A stretch of 64,000 bases of DNA from Ignavibacteriota bacterium (GCA_963787835.1 CAWBEI010000004.1:32001-96000), one strand, 5' to 3'. Shown: positions 49,853-60,036, counted from the first letter of the stretch. Notes: a model not told the origin generated them from the letters alone. Numbers and translations: made by a program.

Positions 49853-50809
49853 TCAAATTAAACTCTTTCCATCAATCAGTTGAGAACCATTTGCATTCGT
49901 AAGCGCATATTGAAATCCCTTCGCGATCGCGAAGGCTCCCGATTCGCCATTTTTATTCAGCGCAAGAAACGCGACTTGAAAATCATGATAATCCGGCTGT
50001 TTTTTCGCGATGCGGCGAACGGCTTCTTCACATGCCTCGGTTGGCGTAGCACCGTGGCGCATTGCTTCGACTACCGTATGTGCGCCTGCAATTTTTATGT
50101 TCGATTCTCCTTTGCCGGTCGATGTTGCTGCGCCGATATCGTTATCCACAAAAAGTCCGGCGCCGATGATGGGAGAGTCCCCAACGCGGCCATGATATTT
50201 CCATGCAAGACCGCTCGTGGTGCAGGCTCCGGATAGATTCCCAGCCGCATCGAGCGCCAGAATGCCAATGGTATCGTGATACTCTTTGGGAATGTAGTGG
50301 TTATCGGCTTTCCATTTTTCCCAGGCTTTGCGGGAATCCTCGGTGAGGAGTTCCTCTTTTGGGAATCCTTGTGAGATCGCAAAATCAAGCGCGCCTTGTC
50401 CCACAAGAAAAACATGCGGCGTTTTTTCCATCACTTTGCGTGCTACGGAAACCGCGTGGACGATATGCTCCAGCGCGGCCACCGAGCCGCAGTTCCCAAG
50501 CTCATCCATCACGCAGGCGTCCAGCGTTACCTTGCCATCGCGGTCGGGGTAGCCGCCTCTGCCAACGCTGTGGTTCGTAGGATCGGCCTCCGGTACGCGC
50601 GCGCCAGCCTCGACTGCATCGAGTGCGCGGCCATTAGCGGCCAGAATTTTCCATGCTTCTTTGTTGGCTTCCAAGCCAAAATTCCACGTCGATACGACGA
50701 CCGGTTTTTGAACCGCCGGTGCTGTTGCTCGCGAAATTCGTGGCAGCGCCGCGCCTGCCGCACTGAGGGAAATGCCTTTTAGTAGATCGCGCCGAGTAAT
50801 CATACTCAA
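49853..50809 (-). CDS. N4-(beta-N-acetylglucosaminyl)-L-asparaginase (Ntn hydrolase) with Tat-like signal
   Basis: TRRDLLK, SVGRGG.PD, HDTIG, GRVGDSPIIGAG. Confidence 0.93.
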   Translation of the reverse strand: MSMITRRDLLKGISLSAAGAALPRISRATAPAVQKPVVVSTWNFGLEANKEAWKILAANGRALDAVEAGARVPEADPTNHSVGRGGYPDRDGKVTLDACVMDELGNCGSVAALEHIVHAVSVARKVMEKTPHVFLVGQGALDFAISQGFPKEELLTEDSRKAWEKWKADNHYIPKEYHDTIGILALDAAGNLSGACTTSGLAWKYHGRVGDSPIIGAGLFVDNDIGAATSTGKGESNIKIAGAHTVVEAMRHGATPTEACEEAVRRIAKKQPDYHDFQVAFLALNKNGESGAFAIAKGFQYALTNANGSQLIDGKSLI

Positions 50810-50905
50810 AAATACGAAATTATCGGAGTATTCAGTGATGTAATCATTTAGGCTGGATTTGGTTTAGTTATTAGGTGTCACGTCATTTGACGAAAGGGTA
50901 ATGTT

Positions 50906-52681
50906 ATGAGGTCGATCATTTCAAGGTCTCTTTTACTTCCGGTGCTTGCGGCGGCTATCGTGCTTGGATTTTCGACGTGCGCGCATTGCCAGAGTTCGTG
51001 CCTAACGTTTGCAAGTACGAATACCATTATCCATTATTCCGTGGTCGATAATGCTGAGTATGATTTTACCATTGGTATTACAAACACCTCAAGCTCGCCA
51101 CTTGTTTTGACAGTTCCAGTTGTTCCTCTATCCGGTGATTCTGGTATTCTCATTTTGCCATCTTGGGATGGCGATCAAAGTGTAACATTGCTTCCTGGTC
51201 AGACTTGGGATCTCAGGATTGGCATATACTTCCAGTGTCCTCCGATTCGAGATGTTTACACGACGACGATTGCAATCCCTTCGGAAAGTGGGGCTCCTTG
51301 CAGTATTGATACGATCACTGTTTACATCGAGTTCCCAATCACCGATTCGATCACGGTGAGTGTACCTCCGGGCGCAAATACGATTACCATAGCACCTGAT
51401 ATGGCACGATCCAGACAAATCGTGAGTCTTCAAAATACCAGTTCGAATAGCATCTTCCTCGATTCAATTTCCATCGCGAATGCCTCGAACATTGCGTATT
51501 TTGGACAGCCAAGTGTGAAAACATTAGTTTACAACGACTCTCTTTTCGCGGGTCAGACGAACGACTTTGCGATTCTCACACTCATTCCCACCGATACCGG
51601 AGTGCAGAACGTGGAGCTTCGTCTGTTCTATAATGATACGGTGCAGACATTCACTATTCAGGATGATGTGTCGCACAATTCCTTGAATCAGTCACTCTTG
51701 TCTTCGCGCTCTACTACAATTATCAATATCTACCCACAGCAGAAACGAGATACTTCGTTATTTGTCATTAATACCTCCCCGGACACGATTACCGTTATTA
51801 AATTTATAATCTTCGGTGATTCCGAGCCAGGAGTGCCGTGGTCGATCGATACGAACAGCGGTCTCCCCTTGAGGCTTCCGGTCATACTTCCTCCAGCGCA
51901 GCACTTCGCTATCGAGATCAGTGCGGTGGATTCGGGTTGCGATCCGATCACGGGTACTCTGGGTATGGTTTATTCCTATCGGTGTGGCACGGATACGTTG
52001 ATGTACGCTTTGAGCGGGAGATTAAGTCCTGGAACCATCTGTACGCCGGCTGCGTGCATCTCCACCGTCCCAAGTTTAGATTTTGGGCAGTTTGCTGCGG
52101 GGGATTCTGTTACGCAGGTACTTACGCTTACTAATCAGACGAATGATACTGTTGGGGTGGGTCTGGTATTGAGAGGAAACGACGCTAATCGGTTTTCGAA
52201 TCCAACTCAAGTAAGAAATCCAGTTATCATTCCAGCGCATGGCAGCGTAGATATTAGTTTTACATTTACGATGCCAAGCGGTTCTTCTCAAAAGAATTAT
52301 TCTGCTGAACTAATCGGACTGGAATTATCCTCCAATCCATATTTCGTTTGCGATACTCTGATAGTGCCGTTTTCCGCCAGTCTGCTCATCCCTGCCGGAG
52401 TTTCAAACACAGCTACACCACCGTCCGTGGATTTTTCGCTCATTCCAAATCCGGCAAGTGGGGAAGTGACAGTCTTGTTACCAGAGAATGAAAACGCAAC
52501 GGTAGAGATCTACGATGTGCTTGGGAATGTGGTCTTGCAAAAAGTAATGTCGGGGCAATTCGTGTGGTCCGGAGAAACTTCGGAGGGCAAAGTGCCTTAT
52601 GGTATCTATTTTGTGCGAGTATCGGAGCGCACACTAAACGGTGTGGAAATTGTTTCAACGCAGCGGCTTGTGTTCCAGTGA
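50906..52681 (+). CDS. T9SS-secreted Ig-like repeat protein
   Basis: Signal peptide, beta-rich repeats (LDFGQ...LTLTNQT), CTD IPNPA...GIYFVRV. Confidence 0.82.
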   Translation: MRSIISRSLLLPVLAAAIVLGFSTCAHCQSSCLTFASTNTIIHYSVVDNAEYDFTIGITNTSSSPLVLTVPVVPLSGDSGILILPSWDGDQSVTLLPGQTWDLRIGIYFQCPPIRDVYTTTIAIPSESGAPCSIDTITVYIEFPITDSITVSVPPGANTITIAPDMARSRQIVSLQNTSSNSIFLDSISIANASNIAYFGQPSVKTLVYNDSLFAGQTNDFAILTLIPTDTGVQNVELRLFYNDTVQTFTIQDDVSHNSLNQSLLSSRSTTIINIYPQQKRDTSLFVINTSPDTITVIKFIIFGDSEPGVPWSIDTNSGLPLRLPVILPPAQHFAIEISAVDSGCDPITGTLGMVYSYRCGTDTLMYALSGRLSPGTICTPAACISTVPSLDFGQFAAGDSVTQVLTLTNQTNDTVGVGLVLRGNDANRFSNPTQVRNPVIIPAHGSVDISFTFTMPSGSSQKNYSAELIGLELSSNPYFVCDTLIVPFSASLLIPAGVSNTATPPSVDFSLIPNPASGEVTVLLPENENATVEIYDVLGNVVLQKVMSGQFVWSGETSEGKVPYGIYFVRVSERTLNGVEIVSTQRLVFQ

Positions 52682-52807
52682 TAAAAATGTGATATTGTAT
52701 ATTCTCCAGAAGCTGGCAACTATTTTCCACGTTACTCGTTAGACAATATCTGTAAGGAATTTCTGTGAAAAACCTGTCATCTTGAACCGAGTCTAAGGGT
52801 CTGAACA

Positions 52808-53749
52808 ATGCGTATGAAGCACCTACTTTTTCTTATTGTTGCCATTCTTATCGTTGCAGCACGTCCGGCGCTGGCGCAGGAACTCGATGCCCGCGTCGAT
52901 CTCAACCTGAGCGCACTCAGCGATCAGGACCGCCAGGCGTTCGCGAACTTCAAGCACGATGTTGAGCAATATCTCAACAGCAACAACTGGACCACCGATT
53001 TTACCGGCGACCGCATCAAGTGTTCCTTCCAGTTCAATATCGGAACCAATAACGGCGGCGATTATACCGGCCAGCTTTTCATCAACAGCACACGCCCGCT
53101 CTATAAAAGCTCCGAGCGCACCACGATGCTAAACCTGCTCGATGCGAATGTAGAGTTTACCTATTATCTCGGACAGGCGCTTCAGCACGGCAATACGTTC
53201 CGTCCGCTCGAAAGTTTGCTCGATTTTTACGCCTATCTGATCATCGCGCAGGATTACGATTCCTACAAGGATCAGGCGGGAACCATCTATTACCAGCAGG
53301 CGCAGACTACGGCCGTGGTCGCGAACTCCGCGCAGGGAACCGGATGGCAGGAAGATATGACGAGCATCGGAACGTTCTCTCGCGTGGGCTACATCAACGA
53401 TGCCATGAACGCCAATAACCGAGCCTTCCGAGACCTCATCTTTATGTACCACTACGACGGCCTCGATCTCCTCTCGACCAGCCCCGACACCGCCCGCATG
53501 GCCATTGGCGATGCCATCGACTCCTTGGTCACGCTGAAACACGAGTCCACAGCCGCGAGCCGCAGTGTGTTCCTCCGCGCATTCTTCGAGGCAAAATATC
53601 CCGAGCTTACCGATCTCTCCCGCCTGTTCCCCGATAATATGTCCATGTATTTCCAGAAATTGGAATACTTAGATCCCACCCACTCCCAATATTATCAGGA
53701 TGCCTATACCAAGATTCAGAATGCAGCGGCGAGCGGGGGAGGAAATTAG
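52808..53749 (+). CDS. DUF4835 / T9SS PorD-like protein
   Basis: AQELDARV, YLNSNNWT, STRPLY, LDFYAYLIIAQDYDSY. Confidence 0.75.
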   Translation: MRMKHLLFLIVAILIVAARPALAQELDARVDLNLSALSDQDRQAFANFKHDVEQYLNSNNWTTDFTGDRIKCSFQFNIGTNNGGDYTGQLFINSTRPLYKSSERTTMLNLLDANVEFTYYLGQALQHGNTFRPLESLLDFYAYLIIAQDYDSYKDQAGTIYYQQAQTTAVVANSAQGTGWQEDMTSIGTFSRVGYINDAMNANNRAFRDLIFMYHYDGLDLLSTSPDTARMAIGDAIDSLVTLKHESTAASRSVFLRAFFEAKYPELTDLSRLFPDNMSMYFQKLEYLDPTHSQYYQDAYTKIQNAAASGGGN

Positions 53750-53759
53750 ATTTCTTATC

Positions 53760-54035
53760 GAAATAGGTGCCATTTTTCTTTCTTGTGAGTTCCCGATATT
53801 TTATGGCTGACCCGCGAATTTGGGCTAATTTCGCCACTTGTTGCAACGAGTATTCATAAAAGTCCCTTCATACAGAACACGTTCATAACGAAAGCTACCG
53901 ACATGATTTTCAATGAGCCACTGAGCACCCATTCTTAATTATTACTTCTTACTTCGTAATTGATATAGGTGCCCATCAAAGTAAGTACTAATATACGCAC
54001 TAAAATTGGGGAAGTCAAGCGTTTCAAAAAGATTT
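53760..54035 (-). other. Conserved promoter-operator-hairpin element, copy B
   Basis: Minus strand TTGACT(54013-54018)-17 nt-TATATT(53990-53995), ATGGGCACCTAT(53965-53976); colinear with 17547-17810. Confidence 0.75.
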
Positions 54036-54050
54036 GTCAAGATTTATTTT

Positions 54051-55135
54051 TCAAGAACTCTTCCATTGCCTTTCGGATGTTCGCCAAGGTTCGAGGCTGG
54101 AGCCCTGCTCGATAAGATTTGCAGCTTCAATTAAGCGTAACGAATGTAAGTCTTCATTTTCTATCGTGATACTTGTACCGTCTCTACGATTGACTCCAAA
54201 ACCATCCTCAATTGCTTTGGGCCTGTCGAGGCAACCAAAGAGCCATGCGAATTTCTCGGCCTCAGCGCCGAAGGCTTCCTGTACTCTTGGGCGGTAAACT
54301 TCAGATAAAGTTTCAATTGTGTACTTATTGGTGCCATAGATAGAATGAAGACCACCCCCAAGGCAAATGGACTCCTCACAACCCCACTGTTTAAGAAGGT
54401 CGTAGGTTCCGAGTAGGTGATCGATGAGATGGCGTCTGGAATGAACTTGATTATGAGCCCCAGCTTCTAATAGTGCTTGTTGCAATGATGATCTAGGTTT
54501 GTCTTCAACTACTTCGCCTTCTGCACGGGCTTTGAAAACGATAACAGTTCTGAGTTGAGGGCAGATACGAGAAACTGCACGGCCGACATGATACGAGTTT
54601 GAGGGAAATATTAGCAGACGCCCCCACTTTGGAAGAATCGCTCGAATGATCTCGCCAGATGGATTGAAAATGGTTGTCTCACCAGCCCAATTAGGATTCC
54701 AGCCCCTATTTATATAAATTATCGCCGTCATCTCATTAGGGTCATCAGAGTCCTGATGGATATAGCCATCATTGCCGTATGTATATGCATTGGAGTATGC
54801 GCGGATGGAACAGGATGATCCGGAAGAGCATGCGGTTGGAAGGATTCCCATAGCTTTAATACTGCTTCTGGTAGTTCGCTTCGAATGTCTTTGCGGTTAC
54901 GAGAATCCGCGCCAGTTTGAGAAAAGCCAAGATTCCAATGACTAAAAATTACTTGCTTATTCGATTTCCAACCGTAACGAAAGCCACTTTGACGGATGAC
55001 GCCAACAACTTCATCAATTAGGATCTCATTGATAAAATCATCGTAAACAGCAATTCCATTCTCGTCAGCCTTGATTGCAACTGAAGCATTCTCTGGTTGC
55101 CAATCGAGAGAAATTTCGTTAGTGTATTCGGGCAT
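54051..55135 (-). CDS. 2OG-Fe(II) oxygenase with C-terminal HD-like (DUF6817-like) domain, frameshift near 54807
   Basis: HQD...H...R facial-triad pattern (GYIHQD, YHVGR, RTVIVFK); C-terminal HLLGTYDLLKQWG...LHSIYGT. The N-terminus is in the 54728..55135 frame. Confidence 0.8.
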
Positions 55136-56097
55136 TATTTTGTTAGCAAATGTTCCAATTCCTTACATTTTTGCTTTTTAGCCATGTCGAGTGGTGTTTG
55201 TCCGTCTCTTGTCTTAGCATTTCGATCCGCTCCATTTTGGAGTAAAATTCTGGCCATATCTAAATCGCAATATCTCGCCGCAAGCCAGAGGCCCCCCCCC
55301 CTATCGACTTCGAAGTTCGGCAAAGCTCCAGCATGAAGTAGGGTATTCATTATTTCGACATATCTTTCATGGCGTGATTTCTCTGTTGAATCACCAAACA
55401 TTCTAAGCTCTTCCAATTCCCCACCACGCTTAGATAGTTCATCTCCGTCTTTCCAAATTACCTCGCACAATATTGAGAAATTTGCTCTTCCAATAGAATT
55501 TGGATTGTCACCGTCTGTGAGAAGATTTGGATCAGCACCGTTCGAGAGAAGTAACGAGACCATCGCTGGGCTCCCAATATCTACAGCAATACAAAGTGGC
55601 GTCTGCTTGGCTATTGAGTCAGGAGTATTGGGATTAAGACCATGTTGTAGTAAAAATGCAGCTATTTCCAAATTGTTTCCTCGAACTGCTACATGAAGCA
55701 TTGTCTGCCCCTCATTATCTCTTTTTTGGATTGAAAAACCATGTTTATACAGAATAGCAAGCGATTGCCAGGAATTGTTAAAAGCTGCGATCTCCCCAAC
55801 AGATTCCATAGAGTTTCTGCCCGAGGTATCAAGAATATCGGCATGATGATCAAGAAGAAGATTAACCATTATCGTGTCGTCATGATCCACGGCAATCCAA
55901 AGCGGAGTGACACCGTTGTGATTGCGCTCATTAGGATCTGCTCCACTCGCTAAAAGCTCCTTTGCGCGTGGAAGATCATGTGTTCCGATAGCAAGTGCAA
56001 GGCTCGTGTCTTTATCGAGGTTTTGTTGCGAACGTGTGCAGCCGGACACAAAGGTTAAAAGGAATACAAGATACGCAAGTAATGTCAAACGAGACAT
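55135..56097 (-). CDS. Ankyrin-repeat lipoprotein
   Basis: Lipobox VSGC; GxTPL...LL..GADPN repeats. Confidence 0.9.
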   Translation of the reverse strand: MSRLTLLAYLVFLLTFVSGCTRSQQNLDKDTSLALAIGTHDLPRAKELLASGADPNERNHNGVTPLWIAVDHDDTIMVNLLLDHHADILDTSGRNSMESVGEIAAFNNSWQSLAILYKHGFSIQKRDNEGQTMLHVAVRGNNLEIAAFLLQHGLNPNTPDSIAKQTPLCIAVDIGSPAMVSLLLSNGADPNLLTDGDNPNSIGRANFSILCEVIWKDGDELSKRGGELEELRMFGDSTEKSRHERYVEIMNTLLHAGALPNFEVDRGGGLWLAARYCDLDMARILLQNGADRNAKTRDGQTPLDMAKKQKCKELEHLLTK

Positions 56098-56132
56098 TGA
56101 ATAAGTTATAATGTTAGATAATAATGCAATAA

Positions 56133-57563
56133 TCAGTGTATTTTTAATGATTTAAGATAGTAAATCCACCCCTGTGCTTGACTTATTACATTTAGAACAT
56201 CAGCCACGCTGGGAGGCGGCAATAAAGTCCCATCATTCAACTCATCCTTAAGAGTTTTCATGTCATGTATAACAGTATTTAGCGAATTTATCCAAGCACT
56301 TATTTGTGCGTTATAATCTGATACTCCTTGAGGTGTGTTTGTATTGAAGTCATTCAGATCATTTTCAACTTCAGTATGTGTTAATAGTACAAGGATTGCA
56401 AGGATTGCATTAAATGCATCCATTAAAGTGTCATAAGTTGTATCTTGGGCACCAGCGAGTTTCGCAAAACTTGATAGAGTTTTGAATGCACCATTCATCA
56501 AATTCGTGGCTGCTTTGGCATTAGCAGCTTGAAGAAGTGCCAACTTCTGTTGCAAAGTTAGCAACCCTGGCGTACTGGTCGTGCCACTGCCTCCGCCTGT
56601 TGCAGTCCCAGGAAGTTGCGGAAGTTGAAAAGGTGTACCATCTATCGGAAAAATAGTTCTCCAATCTTTGTATGGGGTCTGATCTTGAGGACTTGGCGTC
56701 TGATCTTGATAACCTGCGTTTGGGCCGACAAGAATAGGAAGAGGATAGTCCCTAACAGGCAACGTTGGAGGTACGATATTTATATCTGTACCTTGATGGA
56801 GTGCACCAGTTGGGTCTAAATTGGGATCTCCTACTTGGCCTCCAATGCCACCGAAAGGATCACCACTTTGTCCTGTGATACCCCCCGATGGGTCCATGAA
56901 TTGACCTGTGATGCCTATCGGATCTCCACTTGATGGCGTAATAGTTCCGAATGGATCTCCCCATTGACCGGAAGTGAGGCCACTAAACGGATCGCCCCAC
57001 TGACCAGTGTTGATGCTGCTCAATGGATCGCTAAACTGGATTATCCCAATCGGATCCGTTCCAATGCTAGGACCTCCCCCAGCTGGATCCGCATTACCTC
57101 CTCCGGGATCGCCTCCTCCGGGGTCGCCTCCTACGGGGTCACCTCCTCCGGGGTCACCTCCTCCGGGGTCGCCTCCTCCGGGGCCACCTCCTCCGGGGCC
57201 ACCTCCTCCGGGGCCACCTCCTCCGGGGTTACCTCCTCCGGGGCCACCTCCTCCGGGGTTACCTCCTCCGGGGCCACCTCCTCCGGGGCCACCTCCTCCG
57301 GGGTTACCTCCTCCGGGGCCACCTCCTCCGGGGTTACCTCCTCCGGGGCCACCTCCTCCGGGGTTACCTCCTCCGGGGCCACCTCCTCCGGGGCCACCTC
57401 CTCCGGGGCCACCTCCTCCGGGGCCACCTCCTCCGGGGCCACCTCCTCCGGGGCCAATCAGTCCGCCTCTTACGTCACCGAAAAACCCATCACCCAACCC
57501 ATCGCCTACCCCATCAAAGCCGGGGAGCGTTCGACTATGTTGTAATTGTTTTGCGCTAGACAT
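56133..57563 (-). CDS. Gly/Pro-repeat protein (GGG[G/N/D]P)n with GQxGDP repeats and helical C-terminus
   Basis: 476-aa ORF co-oriented with its neighbours, with non-repetitive coding flanks. Confidence 0.75.
   Translation of the reverse strand: MSSAKQLQHSRTLPGFDGVGDGLGDGFFGDVRGGLIGPGGGGPGGGGPGGGGPGGGGPGGGGPGGGNPGGGGPGGGNPGGGGPGGGNPGGGGPGGGGPGGGNPGGGGPGGGNPGGGGPGGGGPGGGGPGGGDPGGGDPGGGDPVGGDPGGGDPGGGNADPAGGGPSIGTDPIGIIQFSDPLSSINTGQWGDPFSGLTSGQWGDPFGTITPSSGDPIGITGQFMDPSGGITGQSGDPFGGIGGQVGDPNLDPTGALHQGTDINIVPPTLPVRDYPLPILVGPNAGYQDQTPSPQDQTPYKDWRTIFPIDGTPFQLPQLPGTATGGGSGTTSTPGLLTLQQKLALLQAANAKAATNLMNGAFKTLSSFAKLAGAQDTTYDTLMDAFNAILAILVLLTHTEVENDLNDFNTNTPQGVSDYNAQISAWINSLNTVIHDMKTLKDELNDGTLLPPPSVADVLNVISQAQGWIYYLKSLKIH
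57095..57457. repeat. 15-bp tandem repeat, about 24 units
   Basis: Unit CCTCCTCCGGGG(CCA/TTA/TCA/TCG). Confidence 0.95.
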
Positions 57564-57588
57564 GGTCAGTATCCCTTCACTGAATCAA

Positions 57589-58230
57589 TCACGGAAGCAC
57601 GATCCAATCCATTTCGAACATGCTATAATTACCGCTGCTATCAATTAAGCGCATAGCCATTGGGAAGCGGCCAGTTCGGAGCAAAGAAAGTGTCAACGCA
57701 CGTCCTGTGCCGCCATAGGATGATGCGCCGAAGGAGAAAACAGGCATTGTTCCCGTTCCGGCATTCTGGAAAATGCCGCTCGTGGTTGAATTGTCCCTGA
57801 AGCTGATCTCGACATCAGAGGATGATGTTGTCCCTCCGGTCCAATCTAAAAAGATGGTGTTAACAAATTGGGTTCCCGCTTTGAGGAAGATGATCTTCGA
57901 GACCGATAACGGCAGCAGCGCGTTCGGTACGGTCATCTGATGCAATCCGTTCCATGTCAACGCCTGCTCGATGGCATCGAAATCGTAACTATTGGTTGCT
58001 CCAACGGTGGCAACTAACGACGTGTTAACGATCATTGGTGGGTTCACCCACGTAGCGGCATGAAGAAAGGTACTGCTGCGCAGGAACACACCCGGTTGCG
58101 CAGCTCCTGCCGAATTTTGAAAAGTCGTGGAAGAAATGACCGCTCGTGGATCCATCGGCGTCATCACGACTAAATCGTTCCACGATTGCGGGCCTTGCGG
58201 CGTGTTATTTTTGGAATTATTACCGTTCAT
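57589..58230 (-). CDS. Hypothetical protein (beta-rich)
   Basis: 213-aa ORF, first gene of the island operon; no family recognised. Confidence 0.7.
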   Translation of the reverse strand: MNGNNSKNNTPQGPQSWNDLVVMTPMDPRAVISSTTFQNSAGAAQPGVFLRSSTFLHAATWVNPPMIVNTSLVATVGATNSYDFDAIEQALTWNGLHQMTVPNALLPLSVSKIIFLKAGTQFVNTIFLDWTGGTTSSSDVEISFRDNSTTSGIFQNAGTGTMPVFSFGASSYGGTGRALTLSLLRTGRFPMAMRLIDSSGNYSMFEMDWIVLP

Positions 58231-58375
58231 GGTTTTAAGACATTAAAAGTTCAAGAAAGTGACGAATTATCCTTCTTCAAACTAACGCCCCCCCCAGAGT
58301 TCCGATCTTAGTGTCGTAAGCATTAATATTTCTTTAACTAATCATTACGGCATTAGTTCTTAGCTTCTAAGGAAG

Positions 58376-58453
58376 CTTAATTCGGCATCAATCTCACCAG
58401 CAGCATTTCCATCAACAGTTCATCGCTGGCGTGTTTGCGGCGGGTGAGGGCTT
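58376..58453 (-). repeat. Duplicate of the holA 3' end
   Basis: Near-identical to 58974-59051; translates ALTRRKHASDELLMEMLLVRLMPN*. Confidence 0.93.
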
Positions 58454-58459
58454 TTTTTC

Positions 58460-58681
58460 TCAGGCCGCGCGTGCCATCGTGCCTACACCTTCGAGAGTAA
58501 TTCGCCCGAGTGTGCTCATGTCTCCGAATCGTTCGATCACATCCAGCACCTCGATGCCTGCAACCAGGCCGTCGGCGTCATAGTCAATAGCAATTCCTTC
58601 CGCGACGTGTTTTGTGGTAACCGTCGTTTCCTTAAAGATAATACTTAGGGCATCCACCGATGGATCGTATGCGATTCTCAT
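58460..58681 (-). CDS. DUF2283 family protein (putative antitoxin)
   Basis: MRIAYDPSVDALSI...DYDADG.VAGIEVLD. Confidence 0.88.
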   Translation of the reverse strand: MRIAYDPSVDALSIIFKETTVTTKHVAEGIAIDYDADGLVAGIEVLDVIERFGDMSTLGRITLEGVGTMARAA

Positions 58682-58683
58682 AA

Positions 58684-58942
58684 TTAGAAATAATAAGTGT
58701 ACACGGTTACAACCGTAATAATGTCACCTTCTACAACAAAGATGGGCCGGACTTGTTTCGTTCCATAAAATGTGCCATTCCAGATTCTGTTGAACGGAAA
58801 ATCCTTGCGTACGTCGAGCCGGCTGCCACTCTGCATTCATAATGGCCTGTTCAACTTCTTCGGGCTCATAACCGCGAATGGGAAGGTAACTGCGCGCGTG
58901 ATCCGAGAGGATGATCTGTTCCCCGGCATAACTCTTATTCAT
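58684..58942 (-). pseudogene. DUF4258-like putative toxin, frameshifted near 58815
   Basis: N-terminus LSDHAR...RG...EEV; a second frame continues DVRKDFPFNRIWNGTFYGTKQVRPIFVVEGDIITVVTVYTYYF*. Confidence 0.7.
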
Positions 58943-58974
58943 TCTATCCTTGATCTATCTTGATGATATTGCAC

Positions 58975-60036
58975 TTAACCCGGCATTAATCTCACCAGCA
59001 TCATTTCCATCAACAGTTCATCGCTGGCATGTTTGCGGCGGGTGAGGGCTTCGGTTTCGAGAATGGCGGCAATGGCGGCATCTAATCGGGCGCGTGAGTA
59101 TTTCCGTGCCTGCGCGATAATTTCTTTTGCAAAATAGGCTGCGCCGCCGCGAAGTTCCAGGGCATCGGCAATGGCGCGTTCGTTCTCGCCTTTTGCAGAA
59201 AGTTCTCGCGCAATAATAAGCTGTTCGATGAACCGCGAGAGCATGACGAACATAAATTGCTTTTGGTCGCTGCCCTGGTCGAGCATTTTCAGCGCAATAG
59301 TTACAGCCAGCGGCTTATTCGCTGCGCCGATCGCCTTGGTTAACTCGAACACATTATTCTCACGCGAGGCCCCAACCACTTGCTCTACATCTTTATCGGT
59401 CATATTTTTCCGTTCGGCGCCACAATAAATAATGAGCTTTTCCAGTTCGTTCGCAAGCCCACGAAGCGAAACACCAAGATAGTTCGTCATCAGCCTCGCA
59501 GCATCGGAGGAAAGCGATCGCCCGAGGGATTTCGCTCGCGCTGTTACCCAGGCAGAAGCCTCGCCCTCTTTCATCTCTGGAAATTCGATGACATAAGCTT
59601 TCTCCGCAAGTTCTTTAAATGGCGATTGATTGCGGGCTCCGAATTTATCGAGATCGAAGATCAAGATACAATCGGGATTAGGTTTTTCGAGATATTGAAG
59701 CAGGGGGTCTTCGCTCTGTCCGCCTTTTTTCTTACTTTTTGCAGCAACACCGGCAGGCTTCGCTCGTAGAATTCTTTCCGCCTCTCGGATGATAACAAGC
59801 CTGCGTTCGGCCATCATCGGGTAGGATCGGGCAAGTGCGATCACCTGATCCATGCTTGTTTCCGGCCCGTAAAGCACATCGCAATTGAAGGAGCGGATGG
59901 ATTCATCGGGCACGAAGATGTCCGGCGCGGCGTGCAAAAGCTCGCTGCGCAGGAAATCTTCCTCGCCGTGCAGCACCGTAACTGGTTTGGCGTTACCAGT
60001 TTTCCATTGTTTTAGGAGGTCATCCGAAGCAGCCAT
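58975..60036 (-). CDS. holA: DNA polymerase III delta subunit
   Basis: LHGEEDFL, SYPMMAERRLVII, ELEKL, NVFELTKAI. Confidence 0.92.
   Translation of the reverse strand: MAASDDLLKQWKTGNAKPVTVLHGEEDFLRSELLHAAPDIFVPDESIRSFNCDVLYGPETSMDQVIALARSYPMMAERRLVIIREAERILRAKPAGVAAKSKKKGGQSEDPLLQYLEKPNPDCILIFDLDKFGARNQSPFKELAEKAYVIEFPEMKEGEASAWVTARAKSLGRSLSSDAARLMTNYLGVSLRGLANELEKLIIYCGAERKNMTDKDVEQVVGASRENNVFELTKAIGAANKPLAVTIALKMLDQGSDQKQFMFVMLSRFIEQLIIARELSAKGENERAIADALELRGGAAYFAKEIIAQARKYSRARLDAAIAAILETEALTRRKHASDELLMEMMLVRLMPG

Noticed and set aside
57095-57457. Possible CRISPR array
   Set aside because: Contiguous 15-bp units without spacers, and no cas genes.
56964-57648. Alternative-frame ORFs (PPPG[P/L/S])n, (GATSS)n and (PEEVA)n
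   Set aside because: A stop-free 15-bp repeat opens many frames. Only 56133..57563 has long unique flanks and operon-consistent orientation.
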